Source of the DNA: an uncultured Roseivirga sp.
GTDB taxonomy: Bacteria > Bacteroidota > Bacteroidia > Cytophagales > Cyclobacteriaceae
Length of the DNA stretch: 44,021 nucleotides
Assembly: GCA_963977345.1 (NCBI GenBank)
Contig: CAXBPM010000001.1
Span: 1 to 44,021 of the forward strand
Reading direction: 5' to 3'
A program made the translations under genes and the position numbers. Of the stretch, positions 10,222 through 17,901 are shown one piece after another (position 1 is the stretch's first letter; the number at the start of each line of letters is the position of its first letter). Under the pieces are notes generated by a model. The model ran no database searches and had not been told where the DNA came from. It saw only the letters and a program-made list of their open reading frames with translations.

Positions 10222-11499
10222 ATGAAAAGAAACTTAGGACTTGCCAGTGTAGTAGGTTTAGTTGTTGTGGTAGTTCTATACTTCTATTTTAGCAGAGAAA
10301 GTACTCCTTATATTGAGGAGGAAATACCAATGAATGAGGTGGCGGATATTCCCGAACCGCTTTATAAGTTTGGAATCCCAGTAGATCAATATCAAGTTCT
10401 TGAGGGAAAGATAAAACGCAATCAAACGATAGCAGATATTCTTCTCCCTTTTAACATCAGTAATCAAGATATTTTCAGCATTGACCGTCTGTCCAAAGAC
10501 GTTTTTAGTGTTCGAAATTTTATTCCAAATCGAGACTATACCCTTTTTTATACAGAAGACTCTCTGAAGCGAGCTGCTTATTTTGTTTATGAGCCTAGCC
10601 CTTTAGAATATGTAGTTTATCAATTGAAGGATTCGATTTCCATCTACAAAGAGGAAAGAGAGGTTGAAACAATTGAAACAACAATGTCTGGAAGAATTAC
10701 TGTGTCACTCGACCATTCCATTAGGGAAAAAGGAGGTTCAGCTGCTTTGGTAAGTGCTGTGGCCGATGTTTTCGGTTGGCAGATCGACATGCGCTCTTTG
10801 CAAGTAGGAGATTGGTTCAAAGTAATTTATGAAGAGAGACAAGTAGAAGGTCAATCTATAGGTATCGGGAAAGTATTGGGCGCAGAGTTCAATCACATTC
10901 GAAATAACTATATGGCCTATGTCTACGACCAAGGAGATGGGCTCGATTATTATGATGACTTAGGAGAGAGCCTTCAAAGGGCCTTCTTGAGGTATCCAGT
11001 TGAGTTTTCTCGAATCTCTTCCCGCTATAGTAAAAGTCGCCTTCACCCAGTATTGAACACAAGAAGAGCCCATTTGGGAACTGACTTTGCTGCCGATAAA
11101 GGAACGCCAATTAAAGCAGCCGCTGATGGAGTAATCATTGCACGAGGTTATACTGGTGGGAATGGGAATTATGTAAAAATTAGACATAACGGCACCTATA
11201 CCACGGGCTACCTACACATGTCTAAATTTGGCAATTACAAAAATGGTCAGAAAGTCAAAAAAGGAGATATCATAGGCTATGTTGGAAGTACGGGTTTGGC
11301 CACGGGAAATCACCTTTGCTTTAGGTTTTGGAAAAGAGGCGAGCAAGTAGATTTCTTGAGAGAGGATTTGCCGGCCGAAAAACCACTTTCACCTGAGCAT
11401 ATAGTGAAGTTTGAAGCCATGAAAGAATTAATGGATAAAAAGCTAAACGATATACCCATGGAGTGGGTTGAAGATGTTATTACTGCTAGTAGTAGATAA
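10222..11499 (+). CDS. M23 family peptidoglycan DD-endopeptidase (MepM-like)
   Basis: N-terminal membrane anchor; HLGTD (HxxxD), YLHMS and GYVGSTGLATGNHLC. Confidence 0.92.
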   Translation: MKRNLGLASVVGLVVVVVLYFYFSRESTPYIEEEIPMNEVADIPEPLYKFGIPVDQYQVLEGKIKRNQTIADILLPFNISNQDIFSIDRLSKDVFSVRNFIPNRDYTLFYTEDSLKRAAYFVYEPSPLEYVVYQLKDSISIYKEEREVETIETTMSGRITVSLDHSIREKGGSAALVSAVADVFGWQIDMRSLQVGDWFKVIYEERQVEGQSIGIGKVLGAEFNHIRNNYMAYVYDQGDGLDYYDDLGESLQRAFLRYPVEFSRISSRYSKSRLHPVLNTRRAHLGTDFAADKGTPIKAAADGVIIARGYTGGNGNYVKIRHNGTYTTGYLHMSKFGNYKNGQKVKKGDIIGYVGSTGLATGNHLCFRFWKRGEQVDFLREDLPAEKPLSPEHIVKFEAMKELMDKKLNDIPMEWVEDVITASSR

Positions 11500-11521
11500 A
11501 CGAAATTGAATCTATATTTTT

Positions 11522-11546
11522 AAGCAGGCTAATCCCTGCTTTTTTT
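11522..11546 (+). terminator. Intrinsic terminator after the M23 gene
   Basis: AAGCAGG-CTAATC-CCTGCTT stem-loop followed by a T run ending at 11546. Confidence 0.7.
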
Positions 11547-13877
11547 ATGCCAATTAAAATCGCCAACAGGTCTCTGATTATTACACTATTGTTGTGTAGT
11601 TCCTTTATCATCCATGCGCAAAAAGTGGGTTTGGTGTTGAGTGGAGGGGCGGCCAAGGGGATTGCCCATATTGGCGTAATGAAGGCGCTTGAAGAAAATA
11701 ATATCCCAATCGATTACGTAGTGGGAACCTCCATGGGAGCCGTTGTGGGCTCGCTCTATGCAGCTGGGTTTAGCCCAGAGGAAATCGAAGAGATTGTTAA
11801 CAACCCTAACTTTGAAGATTGGATCAATGGCAAATCTTCAGAGCGCTACCAATACAATTATACGAAGTCGCAAGATGATGCTTCATGGATTACGGTAGAT
11901 TTACTTTTCGACAAGGATTTTCAGGCATCCATTAGTACGCCATTGGCCAATGATATTATCATTAATTTTCTTTTGAATGAATATTTAGGACAGGCAGCCC
12001 AAGCTGCTAACTATAACTTCGACAAGCTTTTTGTTCCTTTTAAAGCAGTAGCTGCAGATATATTTTCAGAAAAAGTAGTAAGGCTGGACACAGGTTCGTT
12101 AATGCAAGCTACACGCTCTTCCATGGCAGTACCGTTCTTTTATCGCCCTATCAAATTTCAGAATCAGTATATATTCGATGGGGGCGTATACGATAATTTC
12201 CCAGTGGACATTATGAAGGAAGATTTTAACCCTGAAGTTACTATTGGTTCAAATGTGGCGACTAAAAAGGCAGAGTCTTACCCGTTTGATGCTGATGAAG
12301 AGATTTTGACCGATGCCCTCCTTTTTCTCTTTCTTAATAAAACCGACCCTAGCCAGTTAGACAGTACCGACATCTATCTTGAGCCCGATATGAAGCCATT
12401 TACGGCCATGTCCTTTGACAAAGTGCCAGAGCTGATTAAAGCGGGTTATGATGTCACGATGAGTCAAATGGAGAGTATTAAGCAGAAGATCTCTAGAAGG
12501 GTGGCAAAGGCCGAAGTGGAATTGGATCGAGCTGAATTCAGAGATCAATTTGTCGATTATAAGTTTGGAGCGATTAAGCTCTTTGGTTTTATGCCCAAAC
12601 AGGAGTTATTGATTAACTCCCTCGTTTCGTTCAAGGATGGGCCGTTAAGCTTATTAGAAATCAGGCAAGCTTACTTCAAGTTAGTTTCAGAAGCTTATTT
12701 TAGAAACATCTACCTGAATTTTGATTACGATAGTGAGAATGGCTATTATGTATTAGAGTTCTATTTAAAACCTACAGCAAGAAACGGCTTATCGGTTGAC
12801 TTTGGAGGAAATCTTTCTACTAGAAGCGTGAGCACTCTTCATTTTGGACTGACGCTCAACTCTTTTAACCGATACCTGAATTCGTATAAGCTTAAAATTT
12901 CGACAGGGAAATTTTACGAATCCGTTTATTTGGGTACCCGTTTCAACCTTAACCCAAGAACGAGGTTGTTTTTAGAGCCTTCGTTTTTGCTTAATCAATG
13001 GGATTACCTTAATACAGATGATTTTTTCAACGAAAAGGCAAGTCCAACTATTCTAAATCGAATTGACAGAAAATTTGGAGCAGTGGTTGGCTTAGGCTCT
13101 GGCCAACGCAGCGTATTTACAGCTGAAGCTGCCTATATAAGAAACTCAGATAACTTTAGCAATGTTGGGAATATTTCTGTGGATGAAAGTTTAGATCATA
13201 CAAGATTTGAGGCTTTCAAGGGTAAGCTGAGTTATGAGAGGAACAGTTTAAATGTGAAACAATTCGCCACCTCGGGAGTCAGATTTTACACTTCAGCTAA
13301 CGTTTTGTTAGGCCAACTTTCGTATACGCCAGGCAGCACTTCTGTTTTATTTAGACCCAATGAAAGAACCACCTATACGGAGTCCAAAAACTGGCTTTCA
13401 CTGGAATTGTATTTTGAAGAGTACAAGAAAATTTCTGAAAACTACCGATTTGGGTGGAAATTTGAGTCCGTTTATAGTAGCCAACCCAATTTTATAAATT
13501 ATCAATCAAGTTTGATTTATGCTACTCAGTTTAACCCGATGTTCGATTCAGAAACCTATTTTTTGCCTAACTATAGGGCCTACAGTTATGTTGGTGCTGG
13601 AATGATTCATTCTGTTCGTTTAGCCAATAGTTTGTTTTTGAGAGGTGAAGTTTATGGGTTTAGTGCCTATAATCGGCCTCAGCAAATGGCAGGACAGGGT
13701 GCTCAAGACAAAAGAGGGTTTGATAGTATTCGCCTTTTAGGAATGGCAGGATTAATTTACAATTCGGTTTTAGGGCCGCTTACCTTCCGCGTGAATTATT
13801 TAGAAAATCCTACTTCCAGTTTAGGGTTATCGCTCTCATTCGGGTATATGATCTTCAACCAAAGATCAATTGAGTAG
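11547..13877 (+). CDS. Patatin-like phospholipase with C-terminal Omp85-like barrel (PlpD/type Vd-like)
   Basis: Signal peptide; LSGGAAKG, GTSMG and DGG patatin motifs; beta-strand-rich C-terminal half ending LSFGYMIF. Confidence 0.88.
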   Translation: MPIKIANRSLIITLLLCSSFIIHAQKVGLVLSGGAAKGIAHIGVMKALEENNIPIDYVVGTSMGAVVGSLYAAGFSPEEIEEIVNNPNFEDWINGKSSERYQYNYTKSQDDASWITVDLLFDKDFQASISTPLANDIIINFLLNEYLGQAAQAANYNFDKLFVPFKAVAADIFSEKVVRLDTGSLMQATRSSMAVPFFYRPIKFQNQYIFDGGVYDNFPVDIMKEDFNPEVTIGSNVATKKAESYPFDADEEILTDALLFLFLNKTDPSQLDSTDIYLEPDMKPFTAMSFDKVPELIKAGYDVTMSQMESIKQKISRRVAKAEVELDRAEFRDQFVDYKFGAIKLFGFMPKQELLINSLVSFKDGPLSLLEIRQAYFKLVSEAYFRNIYLNFDYDSENGYYVLEFYLKPTARNGLSVDFGGNLSTRSVSTLHFGLTLNSFNRYLNSYKLKISTGKFYESVYLGTRFNLNPRTRLFLEPSFLLNQWDYLNTDDFFNEKASPTILNRIDRKFGAVVGLGSGQRSVFTAEAAYIRNSDNFSNVGNISVDESLDHTRFEAFKGKLSYERNSLNVKQFATSGVRFYTSANVLLGQLSYTPGSTSVLFRPNERTTYTESKNWLSLELYFEEYKKISENYRFGWKFESVYSSQPNFINYQSSLIYATQFNPMFDSETYFLPNYRAYSYVGAGMIHSVRLANSLFLRGEVYGFSAYNRPQQMAGQGAQDKRGFDSIRLLGMAGLIYNSVLGPLTFRVNYLENPTSSLGLSLSFGYMIFNQRSIE

Positions 13878-13948
13878 GGAAAGGCTATTTGCTAGGCTTA
13901 ATTATTCATTTCCTTGTTATAATTGGTTAATATTGAACCTCAATTAAC

Positions 13949-16189
13949 ATGTGTGTTTCCACTTTTATGAGAATTGTCGTTTGTGCGCTTCTTTGGGTGT
14001 TTTGCTTTACTGCGACCTATTCCCAAACCACGGTTCAGTGGGCTTCTCGTGTAATTGACTATTCCTCAGAAATCTCTGAGCTTCAAGGCTCTGCAAAACA
14101 GGCCCTAGGTAAGCCTAATGTACTTCCTGCAGGCGGAGATAACCCCAGCGCTTGGTCGCCCTTCAATCCTAATACCGTTGAATTTATTAAAGTGCAATTC
14201 GATTTAGAAATGCCTATCGATCAAATTGCAATCGGTGAAACATTTAATCCTGGAGCAATACGGGAAGTATTTCTTTATGATGAAGATAACAAGGAGCATT
14301 CTGTATTCAAACAAACCCCAGGACCTATCAGTGACTCGCACAGGATGTTCAGAATATTTTTTGATAGAACTCCTTACAATGTAAAGGCAGTTAAAATAGT
14401 AATTGATGGAAGGTCGGTTGATGGCTTTACGGCCCTTGATTGTATTGGCGTTTCCAATTCACAAGAACCAATTGAGGCAAAAATTAACCTAATGCCTAAC
14501 ATCAACACCAAATTGATGGTCTATAGACTGAATGATTTGGTAAATAGTACGAATAGGGAGATAAAGCCCCTAATGACCAAAGACAAGAAAACGCTCTATT
14601 TTAGTAGAAGAGGGCACCCTGAAAATGTGGGAGGAGAAGAAGACTTAGAGGATATATGGTATTCCGATTTTGATTCAACTACACTAGATTGGGGGCAAGC
14701 GAAGAACATTGGTGATGTACTTAATAATCCCGACCCGAATTTTATAAGTTCATTTCTCCAAGAAGACGAAGAACTGATTATTCTGGGGAATCAGTATTTG
14801 TCTGGTGGAATGAAATATGGGATTTCAAAAAGTCAGAGGGTATCCAAAACGGAATGGACTAAGCCAGACAACCTAAAAATTTTCAACGATATTAATGTTC
14901 ACCGAAATGTAAATTTTTGGTTGACACCGGATAGTGAAATCCTTCTTATTTCTGAAGAAGGAAGGGGGACTGAAGGCGGTAGAGATCTGTATGTAAGCTT
15001 TTTGCAGAAAGATGGCTTATGGACAGAGCCATTGCATATGGGGCCCGTAATCAATTCTGCTGGCGAAGAAGAAGGCCAATTTTTGATGGCTGATAAAAAA
15101 ACAATGTTTTTCACTTCCGAAGGACATAGTGGATATGGGAAGAAAGATATTTTTGTCACCAGACGTTTAGATAACTCATGGACAAGCTGGACTGAACCAG
15201 AAAACTTGGGGCCAGTGATTAATACAGAAGTGGACGATATGTTCCTTTTCATTCCACATGATGGCTCATTTGCTTATTTCTGTAGAGAGGTGGAAGGTAA
15301 TGATTTAGATATTCACTCTTTGACCTTGCCTTTGGTAACTCGTCAGCTAAGATTAGTAACGCTTTGTGGTTCAATTGCTGACCCTGAGACAGGAGATCCT
15401 TTAGATGCTGAAGTGGTGTTCTCTAGGTTAAGGGATGGAGTCGAAGTGGGTCGAGTAAGAACAGATGCTGCTGGTAACTATTGTATTGAATTACCAGCGG
15501 ATGAAATTTATAGCTATAGGGCCGAAATACCTGGGTTTATTCCAGTTGGCGCTACGATTGACTTGTTGGATATTTCGGAAATCAATGTGTATGCAGTTAC
15601 ACTTGATAAATTAGACCTTGATAGTGCAGATTTGGCTACGGGAGAGCCTATTAGTGTTCCAACCGATATTATGAGAGCGATTGCTATCGATCTTGCCTTG
15701 CCTCAGATTAAGAGAGATACTTTTGAGCTTTTAAATGCTCAGCGGAAAGAATTGGGTCAAGCTCCAATCGAGTCTAATGCCCTAGTAAGTGGCGTTCAGG
15801 CACCAATAATAAACGTAAATGCGCAGGTGGTAAAAGCCGCTCCAGGGGCTTCATTTATCATTCGAAATGTGTTCTTCGATTTTGATAAAGACTTACTCAA
15901 ACCTAGGTCATGGACGGAAATTAGGAACCTTGCCAAGTTTATGAACGACTACCCAACGGCTATTGTCGAGTTGGCAGGCCATACTGATAGTTATGGTACA
16001 CTAGAGTATAATATTGACTTGTCTCGAAGAAGGGTGGAGGCCGTTCGCAAAGCGCTTGCTACCTTAGGAATTAAAGAGGACAGGCTTCAGTTTGTCTGGC
16101 ATGGAGAAAGTGAGCCATTGACCACCAACAGAACTGTAATGGGTAGAGCCATCAACCGAAGAGTTGAGTTCACCATTATAAGTATGTAG
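13949..16189 (+). CDS. OmpA-family protein with PD40 repeats and carboxypeptidase-regulatory-like domain (PorE-like architecture)
   Basis: Signal peptide; PD40-type repeats (TLYFSRRG, GGRDLYVS, GYGKKDIFV); C-terminal OmpA_C (NVFFDFDK, GHTDSYG, YNIDLSRRR, NRRVEF). The start may be the second Met at 13967. Confidence 0.88.
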   Translation: MCVSTFMRIVVCALLWVFCFTATYSQTTVQWASRVIDYSSEISELQGSAKQALGKPNVLPAGGDNPSAWSPFNPNTVEFIKVQFDLEMPIDQIAIGETFNPGAIREVFLYDEDNKEHSVFKQTPGPISDSHRMFRIFFDRTPYNVKAVKIVIDGRSVDGFTALDCIGVSNSQEPIEAKINLMPNINTKLMVYRLNDLVNSTNREIKPLMTKDKKTLYFSRRGHPENVGGEEDLEDIWYSDFDSTTLDWGQAKNIGDVLNNPDPNFISSFLQEDEELIILGNQYLSGGMKYGISKSQRVSKTEWTKPDNLKIFNDINVHRNVNFWLTPDSEILLISEEGRGTEGGRDLYVSFLQKDGLWTEPLHMGPVINSAGEEEGQFLMADKKTMFFTSEGHSGYGKKDIFVTRRLDNSWTSWTEPENLGPVINTEVDDMFLFIPHDGSFAYFCREVEGNDLDIHSLTLPLVTRQLRLVTLCGSIADPETGDPLDAEVVFSRLRDGVEVGRVRTDAAGNYCIELPADEIYSYRAEIPGFIPVGATIDLLDISEINVYAVTLDKLDLDSADLATGEPISVPTDIMRAIAIDLALPQIKRDTFELLNAQRKELGQAPIESNALVSGVQAPIINVNAQVVKAAPGASFIIRNVFFDFDKDLLKPRSWTEIRNLAKFMNDYPTAIVELAGHTDSYGTLEYNIDLSRRRVEAVRKALATLGIKEDRLQFVWHGESEPLTTNRTVMGRAINRRVEFTIISM

Positions 16190-16198
16190 AGAGAAAGC

Positions 16199-17059
16199 CT
16201 ATTTGGTTTGACTGATCTTATTCCCACGGACGTGAGAAATGTAATTGTTTAAGGCATTTTGTTTTACCTCTTGGGTTAATCCTTCGCTATAAAGAATTTG
16301 GTTTACTATTAATTGCATAAGTTGCTTTATTCTTACTGAAGGGTACAAATCGTGAGACTCTTCAGTGTATTTCAACGCAGTAATCAGTTCAGAGTTCTTA
16401 AAACTTTCAAAGGCCTTATTATAATACTGCAGTCCAGCTAGCTCTTTCAAGCCAATTCGATTATTGATAAAGGATGTTTGCTCACTACTCTTTATTGAAG
16501 CTACGGCTGCCATTGATTGATTGACAAGTGACCTTTCACTATAACCATTCAGCGCTTTATCGATGTCTTTTTTGTTGGCAATAAAACCCCTAGACCCCAA
16601 GGTTGATTCAAAAATGAACTTTGACTTATCCTTCTCTACCAATAAATAGACGTGATCTGAAAGCTCTATTGCTGTAAAGTCAAAATCGAAATGCGATAGA
16701 AGAAGGGAGTATAGAATTGTGCCTGATAGACAGCCATAATTGCCGTTGAGCAAGGTTTCAGAAAAGTCAGAGTAGAGATTATATCTGCGAAGATTTTTTC
16801 TATTGGTTTTAAGAAAGACCTTACGCAAGAAGGCGTCATCATTAGTTTCTTTATTTCTTATAGATTCAAGATTATCAATGAGTTGCGTAAGACTCTGATG
16901 AACCTCTATTCGTTGCTCTGGTTGAGCATCGGCCAGAAATAGATCAGCTTTGGTAAGCGTTTCCTGCAACGAATGATTTTGAATAGGGGTTTGGGCATAT
17001 AGGTTAAAGTGGAGAAACCCCACTATTATTATCAACCATATGTCTCTCCTTTTTTTCAT
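16199..17059 (-). CDS. Exported hypothetical protein with transglutaminase-like (SirB1/Transglut_core-type) core
   Basis: Signal peptide; GNYGCLSG ... SDHVYL ... IFEST suggests a Cys-His-acid triad; helical TPR-like C-terminus. Confidence 0.65.
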   Translation of the reverse strand: MKKRRDIWLIIIVGFLHFNLYAQTPIQNHSLQETLTKADLFLADAQPEQRIEVHQSLTQLIDNLESIRNKETNDDAFLRKVFLKTNRKNLRRYNLYSDFSETLLNGNYGCLSGTILYSLLLSHFDFDFTAIELSDHVYLLVEKDKSKFIFESTLGSRGFIANKKDIDKALNGYSERSLVNQSMAAVASIKSSEQTSFINNRIGLKELAGLQYYNKAFESFKNSELITALKYTEESHDLYPSVRIKQLMQLIVNQILYSEGLTQEVKQNALNNYISHVRGNKISQTK

Positions 17060-17094
17060 TACCTAGATACGAAGTTACTATTTTATGACACTCT

Positions 17095-17146
17095 TGTTAA
17101 CATTAAGTTAACATTGAGGTAACACAATAACAAATTACGTAACATA
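17095..17146. promoter_or_regulatory. Phased TAACA direct-repeat array (putative regulator binding site)
   Basis: TAACA starts at 17098, 17109, 17120, 17128 and 17140; the first three are exactly 11 bp apart. Confidence 0.6.
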
Positions 17147-17174
17147 CAATTTATCATCCCGGGCTTTCGGTCAG

Positions 17175-17182
17175 TAGATTTG
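17175..17182 (+). promoter_or_regulatory. Bacteroidota sigma-70 -7 element
   Basis: TAGATTTG matches TAnnTTTG, about 90 nt upstream of the ATG at 17274. Confidence 0.55.
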
Positions 17183-17273
17183 CTACATTAATCAAAGCTT
17201 TGTTCATATAATTATGGTTGTGGGTTCCACTTAAATTCCACTTATTCGCGCTTTCAGCAAAACTCATTGATTT

Positions 17274-17810
17274 ATGGCCAAGGCTCCTGTTAAGCTTGTA
17301 AAAAGCATAAGATCATATCGTCAAATCCACAAGACACTTGGTTTGTTCATCGTGGCTTTTCTGATTATAAGTTCGATTACGGGACTGATTTTAGGGTGGA
17401 AAAAGAACATTGACATTCTTCAGCCCCCTACTCAGAATGGTGAAACATTGAATATTTCCGATTGGCAGCCTGTCCATCGCTTGGCTGAAGTCTCACTTCA
17501 GGCTGTAGATAGTTTAGGTTTAGACGCTTCCAATTTTGACCGAATTGAGTACAGACCCACCAAAGGAATTGCGAAAGTGATATTCGATACTGGAAGCTGG
17601 GAAGTACAGGTAGATGCCCAAACGCTCGAGGTTTATTCCGTAGCCAAACGAAATTCCGATTGGATTGAACAGATTCATGATGGAAGTATCATTTCTGAGC
17701 TATTCAAGGTGATTTCAATGAACGTTTTGGGCCTTGGCCTTTTAGTTCTTTCCATATCAGGCATTTGGTTGTGGTATGGGCCAAGAAAGATTAGAAAACT
17801 TAAATCCTAA
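17274..17810 (+). CDS. PepSY-associated TM helix protein
   Basis: IHKTLGL...SITGLIL N-terminal helix; periplasmic PepSY-like segment; WIEQIHDG...SISGIWLW C-terminal helix. Confidence 0.85.
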   Translation: MAKAPVKLVKSIRSYRQIHKTLGLFIVAFLIISSITGLILGWKKNIDILQPPTQNGETLNISDWQPVHRLAEVSLQAVDSLGLDASNFDRIEYRPTKGIAKVIFDTGSWEVQVDAQTLEVYSVAKRNSDWIEQIHDGSIISELFKVISMNVLGLGLLVLSISGIWLWYGPRKIRKLKS

Positions 17811-17871
17811 GCCCTCAGGATTATTTAATCTTCATTTTTATAACATCGAGGCTTCTTCTTAGTTAATTATC

Positions 17872-17879
17872 TACTTTTG
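17872..17879 (+). promoter_or_regulatory. Bacteroidota -7 promoter element for the AsmA-family gene
   Basis: TACTTTTG, 22 nt before the ATG at 17902. Confidence 0.65.
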
Positions 17880-17901
17880 TGGCATTAAAAACTAAAGTTT
17901 T

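Noticed and set aside
17095-17244. Short repeats as a degenerate CRISPR array
   Set aside because: Units are 5-9 nt with no spacer-length intervals, and there are no cas genes.
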